Assembly (NCBI GenBank): GCA_000002435.2
Contig: CM018792.1
DNA: 64,000 nt
Origin: Giardia intestinalis
Lineage: Eukaryota
Reading direction: 5' to 3' (one strand)
Shown here in pieces: positions 17,926-28,400 of the stretch. The notes under the pieces were generated by a model. It searched no databases. It was not told the origin of the DNA and worked only from the letters and a program-made list of their open reading frames with translations. How positions within the stretch are numbered: position 1 is the stretch's first letter; the number at the start of each line of letters is the position of its first letter. The position numbers were made by a program, and so were the translations under genes.

Positions 17926-20175
17926 GTGAAATTGCAGCCAACACAAAATTCCTGGATGCCCGACGACTCGCAATACAAGCGAAACCTCGACGCCTGGTTT
18001 GAGGCGGCGCGGTCCGGAGAGATCAAGTTCACCGTTGTCCATTGCAAGCAGTACCAGGGGGCCGTGCTCCCGGACGGGCCCGGGCTCACGGCGCTACACC
18101 TTGCAGCCCAGGGCGGCCACACAGGCACGGTCAAGTACCTTCTCCCGTACGAGAAGGACATCCGGAGCGACACAGGCTGGACCGCCCTCATGTCGGCGGC
18201 CATGCACGGCCACGATGCGGCGGTCTCAGCCCTCGCGCCCTACCAGGCTGGGAGGCAGCTTTCCGCCGCGGCCTTCGGGTACCCAGCTGGTGCGACGGCC
18301 ATTGAGATCGCCGCCTCCCGCGGCCACCTCTCGACCACGAAGGCACTCCTGGCGTTCGACCAGGAGCGGCCGTACCTCGCCGAGCCCCTTCTCGCCGCCC
18401 TCGATCTGAACGAGCCGGCCCTGAGGGCCCACGTGGCCGCAGGCGCCCAGACCCGGGACTGCCTGGGCCGCACACCCCTCCACTATGCCGCCCTCTCTCC
18501 GCGAGACCCCACCGTCTCGGTAACGCTCCTCGCCGACCTCTACCGCGGAACACGGGATGCGTCGGGGAAGACGCCCCTCATGCTTGCCGCAGAGTTCGGG
18601 CGCGCAGACGCCGTCCGAGTGCTGATTGAAAGGACGCCCGAGGACGTCGGCGCGGCGATCCCCGACAACCCGAGCTGCGGCGACCACGAGGGCTCGACCG
18701 CCCTGATCCTCGCAGCAGACGCAGGCCACCTCGCGTGCGTGAAGCACCTCATCGACGCCGAAAATGCCCAGCCCAACAAGACCGGAACAACTGCGATGAT
18801 GTTCGCCGCACACCGGGGCTTCCTCGAGATTGTCGGGGCCCTCGCGCCCTTCGAGGCCAACCTCCAGAGCACGGCGCCTCTCGGCCACTCCCCCGGGAAG
18901 GCCACTGCGCTCCAGCACGCAGCCCTGGCCGGCCACGCGCCTATCGTCGGGCTCCTCGCTCCCCTCGAGCACGGGCTCCGGAACGATGCAGGCCAGTCTG
19001 CATACGACATCGCCGTCCAGCACGGCCACCGGCAATGCCAGGAGATTCTGCAGGTCTACGAGGACGAGGTCGAGCCGTGCATCGTCACCGCCCTCATCCT
19101 CGACAGCCGGAGCGAGGAGTTCAACCTGGTCACCGACAAGCCCCTTACCGAGGCGATCCAGCGCCTTGCAGATCTCCTCGGCGTGCGTGACTCGGACAGC
19201 TTCTTCCAGGCGATCGAGGACATCCTCTCCCAGGGAGATGCGATCCGCGAGCTTGAGAAGCTCCGGGTCGAGCTCCAGGTCGTGGCTCAGGAGCGCGATG
19301 ACCTTCGTGCAAAGGTGGACGAGCAGGCGGCGGCGATTCGCGAGATGAAGGGCCATCTGTACGACATGTCCGAGCTCGAGAAGAAGGTTGCCGCCGCAGA
19401 GGCGAGGTATGCAGAGAAGGTCCGCGACACCCAGGCGATGGAGGAGGAGGTCGAGGAGGTCAAGGCCGCCGCCCGCCAGGAAGTCGAGGCCGCGCGGGGC
19501 GAGGTCGAGCTCATGAATGCACACGTCCGCGAGCTCGAGAAGCACATCACAGACCTCCAGAACAGCGACGACTCCGTCCTGGGGCAGCTGATAACGGCCC
19601 AGGAGCGCGTCAAAGAGCTCGAGGGAGAGCTGGCCCGGGCCGAAGCCGCGGGAGGCAACGCGGCGCGCGAGCTGGACGAGACGCGCCGCGAGCTCGACGC
19701 CCTGAGCGCAGAGCACGAGGACGCAAAGAAGCTCCTCGAGGAGATGGAGGAGATGCAGCGCAACCTTCTCGGGATGCAGGAGGCGATGGAGCAGTTCGAG
19801 GCCGAGGGCATCACGGTCGAGCGCTACGCAGACCTTCGCGCAGAAGTCGAGGCCCTGCGCGAGCGGCTCTTCGACAAGTCGCGCAAGGTGACCGAGGCCA
19901 ACTCCGTGATTTCGATGTTGATCGACGACATGTGGATCTGCAACAAGCGTCTGAGCGACACGCTCAAGAAGGCCACCGAGTCCAGTAAGGCGCTTGAGGA
20001 CGGCGACGCAGGCCCGCGGGGCTCCCAGCACTTTGCGATGCCAGACCTCATCGACGAGATGTCGAACCTCATCCGCAGCGGCTCCCTCGGGCGGTCGGCG
20101 GTCGGGGGAGACCTGGGGCTCGGAGAGCTGGACCGCGAGGCCCACGCAGGGCCGGCGAGGTTCAGCTACCTGTAG
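17926..20175 (+). CDS. ankyrin-repeat + C-terminal coiled-coil protein (Giardia 'protein 21.1'-like), left copy; alternative start at 17956 (MPDDSQ…)
   Basis: N-terminal motif LDAWFEAARSGEIKF shared with the two other ankyrin genes in the window. More than 8 ankyrin repeats (G.TPLH.AA..GH…V..LL). A ~300-aa E/A/R/L-rich heptad coiled coil follows. Confidence 0.85.
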   Translation: MKLQPTQNSWMPDDSQYKRNLDAWFEAARSGEIKFTVVHCKQYQGAVLPDGPGLTALHLAAQGGHTGTVKYLLPYEKDIRSDTGWTALMSAAMHGHDAAVSALAPYQAGRQLSAAAFGYPAGATAIEIAASRGHLSTTKALLAFDQERPYLAEPLLAALDLNEPALRAHVAAGAQTRDCLGRTPLHYAALSPRDPTVSVTLLADLYRGTRDASGKTPLMLAAEFGRADAVRVLIERTPEDVGAAIPDNPSCGDHEGSTALILAADAGHLACVKHLIDAENAQPNKTGTTAMMFAAHRGFLEIVGALAPFEANLQSTAPLGHSPGKATALQHAALAGHAPIVGLLAPLEHGLRNDAGQSAYDIAVQHGHRQCQEILQVYEDEVEPCIVTALILDSRSEEFNLVTDKPLTEAIQRLADLLGVRDSDSFFQAIEDILSQGDAIRELEKLRVELQVVAQERDDLRAKVDEQAAAIREMKGHLYDMSELEKKVAAAEARYAEKVRDTQAMEEEVEEVKAAARQEVEAARGEVELMNAHVRELEKHITDLQNSDDSVLGQLITAQERVKELEGELARAEAAGGNAARELDETRRELDALSAEHEDAKKLLEEMEEMQRNLLGMQEAMEQFEAEGITVERYADLRAEVEALRERLFDKSRKVTEANSVISMLIDDMWICNKRLSDTLKKATESSKALEDGDAGPRGSQHFAMPDLIDEMSNLIRSGSLGRSAVGGDLGLGELDREAHAGPARFSYL

Positions 20176-20191
20176 TAAACCGTCGTTTACT
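20174..20191. terminator. palindromic paired poly(A) signals AGTAAAC-CGTC-GTTTACT shared by convergent genes (left copy)
   Basis: AGTAAAC overlaps the TAG stop of the ankyrin gene. Its reverse complement serves the convergent small gene copy 4 nt further on. Confidence 0.55.
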
Positions 20192-20582
20192 GGGCGGGGA
20201 CCCCGTAGAGCTGGAGTCCGGTCGTGTAGGCGCCCGAGCCCCCGAAGTTCTCGAGGATCGTGTAGCGCACGAAGCGCGCCACGCGGGGGGACGGAAGGGT
20301 GCACAGGTGGTCTCCGCCCCGGTGCGGGAGGTCCATCTCGGCGAGGGGCTCGGGGCAGGCAGGGTCGGCCCCGCACGCAAAGGAGACGCGCCGGGGGTTC
20401 TGGCTGTTTTCACCGTGGAGGAAGATGCCCACGCGCGTGAGGCAGACCGGCTGGCCCATGTCGATGACGACGTGCTGGGGGAGGGGCGCGTAGACCGACG
20501 TGAACCAGCAGACCGAGGGATCCTGGCGCACAAGGTTCTGGACCCCCGAGTTGTGGTGGTACTGCGAGCTGAAGTCGACCAC
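20187..20582 (-). pseudogene. 5'-truncated copy of the small galactose-binding-like gene (ATG and first 3 codons deleted by a 31-bp junction deletion)
   Basis: Identical to 37544..37981 from …SLLPRNFGVAENGARVVDFSSQ… onward. No in-frame ATG remains upstream. The Sec31-tail frame runs into it out of frame. Confidence 0.55.
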
Positions 20583-20942
20583 CCGCGCGCCGTTCTCGGC
20601 GACGCCGAAGTTGCGGGGAAGCAGAGCGCCCGCGCGATGATCTTTGCTTGACTCAGATAAATAGATATAGATATCTTATGAGTTGTCACTGGCAAATAAC
20701 CAGCACTCGATTAAAAACACGTGGACAGGACAGGGCACAAGTGAGCAGCCAAGGTAGATGTCATATTTATACTAATGGATTGTCCAAAAAGCTACTGTAA
20801 ACAATGCTAAAAAGCCCTAGTAAATAGTCGATTATAAGGTTACAGTAGTACAACCACAGAAGTAAATAATTAGTTATGGAGTGAAATGCATTCACAATTT
20901 GTGACGAATCTATAACGTTCCGCAAATATCTAACGCTTATGT

Positions 20943-21599
20943 CTATTCTTTTTCGATAGACATTGGAATTCTAAGATACACGTTTGTGCTCCAAGAAGGT
21001 AAAGTACGAAGGTCAATTGGAGATGGGAGCAGAGGCTTGCATTCAAATACACGTTGCTTTGAGCTAGGTCGCTTTATGTCAAACGAAAGAGACTCAATGC
21101 GTCGTGCACTCTCTTGAAGCTGTTCGCACCGACTCCACATGGCGTCTGTCGAGTAATCTGCTTGTTTGTCATTCATTGTTGTATATGGCTTGTAACTCAT
21201 CTCGGTAAGCTTTATGAATATACTCATAGCCACGGCACGGCGTTTTTCATCTTCCTTCTCTTGTTCAGATGGGACGTAGTTCTCCAGAATAGAGATGTCC
21301 TTGGACAGTCTCAAAGTCTGTATCTCATCTTGATGTTTTTGCAGTAGAGATGGACGCCTCTCGACCTGAGATTCAAGATTCTTAAGATTGCGTATTCGGC
21401 GCTCTTCTGCTTGCAGCTTTGTCTGTATTTCAATAGGGATCGTTCTATCCTGCGGAGCAATGAGAGTCGGGACAAAGAATGAACTTGAGGATGACGTGCG
21501 ACTTTCAAAGCGGATTGAGTTGAAGTCGGAGTTAGGATCTAGAAAGATCTCCAACGCTCCCAGAAGCCCATTGAGCTCATAGTAGAATTCAGACGTCAT
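20943..21599 (-). CDS. hypothetical protein (~218 aa from MTSEFYY…)
   Basis: ORF with a charged, partly coiled-coil composition. Divergent from the GPN GTPase across a 48-bp AT-rich spacer. Confidence 0.5.
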   Translation of the reverse strand: MTSEFYYELNGLLGALEIFLDPNSDFNSIRFESRTSSSSSFFVPTLIAPQDRTIPIEIQTKLQAEERRIRNLKNLESQVERRPSLLQKHQDEIQTLRLSKDISILENYVPSEQEKEDEKRRAVAMSIFIKLTEMSYKPYTTMNDKQADYSTDAMWSRCEQLQESARRIESLSFDIKRPSSKQRVFECKPLLPSPIDLRTLPSWSTNVYLRIPMSIEKE

Positions 21600-21647
21600 G
21601 GTTGTAGCTGATGGATTAAATTTTTGCCAGCCCATCTACTCCCAGGT

Positions 21648-22400
21648 ATGCATGGAATCTGTTTCTTTGGGTCACCTGGCTCTGGGAAAACGACACTCTG
21701 CCATGCGCTGACACAATTACTCACCTGTATGGACTATGACTGTATTACTATTGATCTGGACCCCTCCTCTCTTGAAGAAGATTGCTACGATATATCTATT
21801 AAAGATTTAGTCACAGCTAATGAAGTTCAGGACTTGGAAGGTCTTGGACCCAATGGGGCTATCCTCTATAGTATGGAATTTCTCAAAGAGAATGTGCACT
21901 GGCTGAGCACACAAATCTCCACCTTAGCCGGTACGTCCCCCACGAAAAGGCAATTTCTTCTCATTGACTTTCCGGGACAAGTGGAATGCTACATGGCATA
22001 CGATACCATTGACTCTATCCTAACTCACTTGCTTGTTGACCACAAGCACAACCTTTGCGGCCTTCTGCTCACCGAGGCATTTAACCTGTTAAATCCCCGT
22101 TCTCTTCTCTCTGCGGGACTATCTATAGCTGCACAACAAGTTTCCTTGGGGATTCCTGTACTGGCAGTGGCATCCAAGGGTGACTTACTTAGTGCAGACC
22201 AGCAGGCATCACTCATTAAGTGCTTAGAAACGGGAATCATTAATGTGGTTTCTTCCTTGCATAGGGTCCGCTCTTTCCATCTAGCAATGGCAGAGTTTTT
22301 AGATGCCAATCTAAGTCTTCTCCCTCTCCCTGTCTCAGTAGATAATGAAGGAGCTCTTCAACTTCTTCTTCAGGAGGTTACCCGGATACTAGGCATGTGA
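21648..22400 (+). CDS. GPN-loop GTPase (XAB1/GPN family), ~250 aa from MHGICFFGSPGSGKTT
   Basis: P-loop GSPGSGKTT at the N-terminus, then the diagnostic GPN motif (GLGPNGAILYSMEF), with spacing and length as in GPN2/GPN3. Confidence 0.8.
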   Translation: MHGICFFGSPGSGKTTLCHALTQLLTCMDYDCITIDLDPSSLEEDCYDISIKDLVTANEVQDLEGLGPNGAILYSMEFLKENVHWLSTQISTLAGTSPTKRQFLLIDFPGQVECYMAYDTIDSILTHLLVDHKHNLCGLLLTEAFNLLNPRSLLSAGLSIAAQQVSLGIPVLAVASKGDLLSADQQASLIKCLETGIINVVSSLHRVRSFHLAMAEFLDANLSLLPLPVSVDNEGALQLLLQEVTRILGM

Positions 22401-22476
22401 CAGGCAGTGGAGTAACTGTAAATCGGCAGAATGCTTTCTCACAATGCATGACTGATTTCCGAAATCCAAAAAACTG

Positions 22477-25400
22477 ATGGCTGAAACATGGTTTGCTGCA
22501 GCAAAGAAAGCGGACTATGGCACAATACGATCACTAGGTTCAAAGTATTTTAAAGTACACAATGAAAGCGATGATGGAAATACTGCATTACTTTACGCCA
22601 TCAGTTCTAGCAACATGCAACTAATTTCTTACCTAGCTCCTCACGAGGTTCGTGAAACTAATATATTCGGGTGGAATGCACTGATGTTTGCAGCGTATTT
22701 TGACAATCACGACGCTGTGAAGCTCTTCTTAAATGATGAAAAGGGGATGCAAACGCGGGAAGAGTACAAAGGAATCCCAGCAGGAGCAACAGCGCTTCTG
22801 ATAGCTGCTACCCGAGGACATGCGGGTTGTGTCTCCTTGCTATATCCTATGGAGCAATCCACTAGCGGCTGGAATGATCTTTTTCTCGCTGCGTTTACGC
22901 ACAATGCTGCTCTTGTGGCACGCACCATCTCCTTAGTTTCCACACGTGATGCTCTTGGACGCACAGCAATGATGTATTTAGTTATGTTTCCTCGGCACTC
23001 AACCCTTGTGCTTCTGGAGGAGTGCATAGGGTATTTGGCTCAAGCACAGCAAGGTGCCATAGATGCTTGCACTAAGACAGCACTGATGTATGCTGCAGAA
23101 AACAATAATGCAGACGCCGTACAGTTGCTGCTCCAATTAACCACCCTAGAGGCCAGAAAGCAGATGGAAACAAAAGATGAATATACTGCTCTAATGATAG
23201 CTGCTTCGAGAGGCTATAGTGACATAGTCTTGCAACTGCTTCCTAAGGAAGCAGGGATAGTGACTTCCAATGGGGTCACAGCACTTATGTTAGCTGTTCG
23301 CTACAATCAAATTGAGGCTGCACGCTTATTAAAGGACGCTGAAGCAGAATTTCAAACGTCTGGCCCGTTTGATGTCTTTTCTCCAGCAGCCACAGCCTTT
23401 AGTATTGCACAGTACTATCACCGGCAAGAGCTTCTTTCTCTGTTGGGAGCAGGGTCTTTGCAGTTAACAAATACAGAAGAGAACATCACCACTGAAGACT
23501 CAGCAAGGTTAGTTCAGTCTCCGAAGGGTGTAACTGCATCGAGTGCCCTGGCTTTTCAGCAAAAAAGCTACATGCAATCACCAACTACTGAGGATGCCCG
23601 AGTAGCGACAATGATTAGTCCTATTTTTAACAGCAATATCGATATTTCACGACCAACACCGACTAATCATTCCAAAGAAGAACCTCAAGATAACGATCAG
23701 CTGGTTCTCACTGATACGCAAACAGTTGCAATTTTATCGAATACAGAGGCACTAGAACGACTGAAGGAAACCAACCAAGACTTAGCTACACGCGTTTTCA
23801 CCATGCAGAGATCCATGCAGTTAGAGTCTATTGAGCAACAAAACACTATCGATAAACTAGACATAGAACTAAGCTTAACCCGGCAAAGACAGACCGAGTT
23901 GGAAAGTAAGCTGAAGTTGGCAGAAGAGAAAATCACCATGTACAAAGATTATTCACAGCAAGCATATAAGCACAACGAGTCTCTATCAAAGAAATACGCT
24001 GAATTAAAGGAGTCCCATGATTCCCTCGTCAAGGAGAATGCCCAGTTGTCCGATAGTTTGGCCTCACTGAAATCGGAAAAGGCCTCTCTTGAAACAGTGC
24101 ATAAGGATCTAGCTGTCTTGTTTGACGAGCTTCAGCGACAAATAAAGGCAGACAAAAGTGCAGCAGACTCTCATATAACTAAGTATTCCAACGAAGTTCT
24201 AGCTCTGCAGCAAGATCTCAGCGAAACGAAGCAGGCTCTTGCAGCAGCTCAAGCTGCAGCGCATAGCAAGGACCAAGTTGCAAGCTCAGTAACTGAAGAG
24301 CTCTCGCAACTGAAGCCTCGTTATCAGGATTTAACGAGAGAAATATCAGATTTAAGAGCTAAGTACGAAGAGGCGGTCACCCATAGTAATACTATACAAC
24401 AAGAAAACAACTTATTAAAAGATAACTTTGATAAAGCTACAAGTTCGCTGACCTCACTTAAAGAAGAAAACATATGTATGCAAAAGCGGCTGGCGGAAGC
24501 GGAGGCAATCAACGCTGAACTTCATACTACAGTGACCGATCTCAACAAGGCAAAAATTTCCCAGACCCTAGAGTGTGAAAAACTGAGCGAACAAACTGCG
24601 GGGATGGAGGACCAAGTGCAGGGCTTGCAGCACTCTCTCCATAAAGCAACCAGCGAAGTGGAGTCATTGAATAGTCGTCTAGCAGAGCAAACCCTTGAGT
24701 CTCAAAACTTACGCGCCAGTATTGATCAGCTCCAGAAGGATCTTGTTTCTTTAGCTAACGAAAAAGACATTTTACAAACTCAACTATGCGCAGACCAGGA
24801 GCGTCTTGCTATTACAAGATCAGAGCTTTCAGCTGCTCGTCAAAAGGCGCTTGCGTTAGAAGAAACTCTCGATGTGAGATCTTCAGACCACAAAACCCTT
24901 GAGGCTAATTTTCAACGTGTACAATCGCAGGTTGTGGAGCAAACAGAGCTTACCCAGAAAGCTGAATCTGCAAAGGCTGCACTTGAGATAAAGCTAGGTC
25001 TTATTGAACAACAGTTGCTGGAAACTCAACGCGGAGCCAACACCGGGCAGCATGACCTAGCAGCCTTGCGAAGTGAGCTTCAAATTGCAGCGAAGAAGAA
25101 CGAGTGTCTAGAGACTCGCACTGCTGAGCTGGAGACCGCTGCAGATAATCTAAGTAAGGAGAAGGCAACGTTGGTAGCTAAGCTGCAAGATATCACAGAA
25201 GAAAGGGAGTCCTTGAAAGAACAATTGAATGCCTTTTCTTTTCAGCTAGAGCAATTACAAAGTGATAAATCCGCTTTGGAGCATCAGGTCTCTGATCTGC
25301 TTGCTGTCATTTCCCAGGAACAAGAGACCCAGGTCTCCCTCAAGAAGCAGATCATCGAAGCGGGCAGGAGGTCAGCAGAACTTGATGAGGAAGTTCTCCG

Positions 25401-28400
25401 ACTCAAAGATAAGCTAGACAAGGCAATAGACGAAGCGTCTACTCTAACTTCTAAACTTGCTAGTTCTGAAGAAGACAATGCAAAGACCGAAGCAAAATTT
25501 GCAAATTTGTCTAAAGAACGGAATTCTTTATTTAAGGAGCTCTCAACGGTATCTAAAGAGCTCTCAGACCTCAAGTTGGCCAATGCATCTCTCGAGAAGG
25601 ACGCGCAACTTGCACAGCAAAAGCTCAAAGAAGCTAATGTTTCAAAGAAATCGCTGGAGCAGAGCAGTAGCAACTCTTCCAAGAAAATAGCAAGTCTCTC
25701 AAGCGCGAAGACGTCTCTCGAGAAACAGCTATCCACCGCCAACGCGCACATCTCTGACTTGGAAAGTCAACTAACCGCGTTAGAGAAAAGAGATTCCGAA
25801 GCAAAGCAGGTCCTGTTAGCAAAGGAGAAAAACATTACTGAAGCAAACCGTAGTGTCTCCCAATTAAAACGCCAGCTTAAGGATATAAGGGCAGATAACG
25901 AAACAGCTCAAAACAACGTTATTGCGCTTACAAAAGAACTGACGTCTCTTCAGCTTTTGAAGGACCAGACGGACGCCACAGTGGCAAAGCTTACTAAAGC
26001 TGTTGCAGACGAAAGGGAGAAGAATGAAAGCTTGAGCAAACAACTGAATGAGGCAAATGGGCAAATATCTACTTTACAGAGTGCTCAAGACAGCATAGAG
26101 CTAGCACGTCTGTCAGCTACTGATAGAGTTGAAGCGCTTCTTTCGGAGAACAAAGGCCTCGGTGAACTAATAACAGACCTCAAGACTATAATATCGAGAA
26201 CCCAAAACATGCTCCAGGAAATGACCGATGAGAAAAATAACGCACTCGAAAGGTTAAAGCAAGCTGATAGCAAGATTGCCACATATGCACTCGATCAACA
26301 GACAACTAAAGCATCTGTGGATCAGCTCCGAGCAGATCTCAGTACGATGGAGGGAGCAAACAGGCAGCTTCAAAAAGATATTGTTATCCAGACAGAGCTC
26401 TGTGAGGACCTCGAAAGAAAAAATAACCAATTGAGCAAACAAATTTCTGAGTTGATAAAATGTCAAGCTGCGTTAGAAGAGCAATTACAAAGCAAGGATG
26501 CAGCTTTCACTGAAGAGCAATCGGCACGAGATGCTCTTCAGCGCGAATTGTCTTTGGCCGACAAAAGGTATCAAGATCTTCAAGAGGAGCACGTGGAGCT
26601 AAAGCAGGCGCTTGCAAATAAAAGGATTGACATTGAGCAGATGAGTAACTCCAAACTGTCTGCTGATGCAGCTCTCCAAAAAGCTATGGAGAAATGTTCT
26701 GCGCTTCAGGCAGAGGTAACCCTAGGCCAGAAGAGTATCGAATCAATGGCTCAGCATATTAGGGTGCTTGAGAATGAGATAGACAGACTTAAAGAAAAGA
26801 ATGCAAGCATATTTGGAAGCTTGTCACAAGCCGAGGCGTCAAGTGAAAGCTTAGAACGAGAGCTCAAGGCAGCTAAAAGGAAAATTGCAGAGCTCGAGGA
26901 GCATGGTCTGGAGGTCGAGCAGGGACAAGAGCGCATATTTAAGGGCTTGCAAACGGTTACAGGAGAAAAAGATGTTATTGAGCGGAGGCTCAAGGAAAAA
27001 ACGCAATTAGCTGAAGAGCAACATGCAGAGCTGGAGGCCTTGAAAAAAGCACTTGCAGCTAGCAACGAGCTAAATACGGATTTAACCTCCAATTCTGAAA
27101 GTAGTGTTAAAAGCATTCAGCAGCTCTCTAGACAATTAGCCGAATCCCAAGGAGAAATTGCAGGACTGAAGCGAGGTGCAGAGCTGACTGCTCGTAGGTT
27201 GTCAGAGCTGGAGGCCTTATGCGATGACCAGGCAAAGGTAATTTCGGTGAAAACTAGTACTACTACTGAGCTACAGACGGAAAGGGACCTTCTTTTTAAA
27301 AAGTTGGCTGCATGCACAGCTGCATCCACAGAGATCGAAGACACTTTAACAACGATGCAGAAAGAATACTCGGATCAATCCAGAAAGCTTATGGAGCTAG
27401 AGGCAGATAACTTGACTCTTCAAAGAACCGTCTCATCCTCTGAAAAAGCTATCGAAGATCTTAACGTAGCTCTTATGGCTGCAAACCAAGCTGCAGACGA
27501 AAGTGGAAGGAAGATTTTAGACTTGGAAGGAAGACGCGAGATTTTAGAGCGTTCGCTGGCACATGTCAACAAGCGGAATACAAGCTTAGAGGCGGAAAAG
27601 GAGCAACTAGCCAAGAATTTAATTGAGGCAAATCGATGTATGACCGATGCCGAGCTCGAGCGAAACACCCTCACAAGGGAGAATGCGTCTCTTCGAGCTG
27701 CAGCTGCTGAGCTAGAAGGAAAGCTATCGACGTCTGCCACAGCATTAGCCGGGAAGACTGCTGCCGTACTAGATTTGGAAAATCAAGTTGAACTGCTGAC
27801 TCATGAGCGTTCGGACCTAATGGCTTTGAAATTAGAACTTGAAGCCGAGCGAGATTCACTGCAGGTACGTGTAAAGATGCATGCAGAGACCATTGTGGAG
27901 ATGGAGAAAAGCAAGGCCGATACTGAGCAGCTTCTAGTCACTACAAACACTAAGCTTGTTGAGCAGGAAATGGCCTTTCAAACAGCTGAGAGAACACTAA
28001 AGACTCTGAAGGAGAAAGTTAGATTGACGAAACAGGAAAAGACTGCAGCTCTCTCAATTCAGGCAGATCTCAAAAGTGAAATTGCAACTCTTTCAGAGAC
28101 TATTAAGACATTAGAAGATACCGTCAACAGCCTTACCAAGCAGATATCAGAGCGTGATCGTGATAATGAAAGCCTTCGAACAGTTGCCAACGGGCATAGA
28201 TCGAACGAAGAAAAAGCTCTGGAAGAGGTTGAGCGGCAACGGAATATTATTCTCGACTATCAGCAGCAAGTGAGCCAAGCAAGCCTTGAGCAATTGGCAC
28301 TGACACAAAAGATCGACCAGGAAAAGAAAAAGGTTGTTGATGCCATGGCATCTAAGGAAGGACTACAAGATGACCTTCAGGCCCTTCAGAAACGCTATTC

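Larger units (their letters stand above)
12342..20644. repeat. left arm of a large inverted duplication (~8.30 kb), reverse complement of 37493..45826
   Basis: Every ORF in this block reappears on the opposite strand in the right arm with identical or near-identical translation. Junction sequences were aligned by eye. The outer junction lies at a CCAGCTGG palindrome. The inner junction lies inside the last 8 codons of a Sec31 3' fragment. Confidence 0.9.

Noticed and set aside
18226-20376. 716-codon ORF exactly antisense to the ankyrin/coiled-coil gene (and its twin 37792..39942)
   Set aside because: It is a product of GC-rich, GAG/GCC-rich coiled-coil coding sequence read in reverse, giving a Leu/Arg/Gly-rich translation with no domain. 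The sense strand has clear ankyrin repeats.
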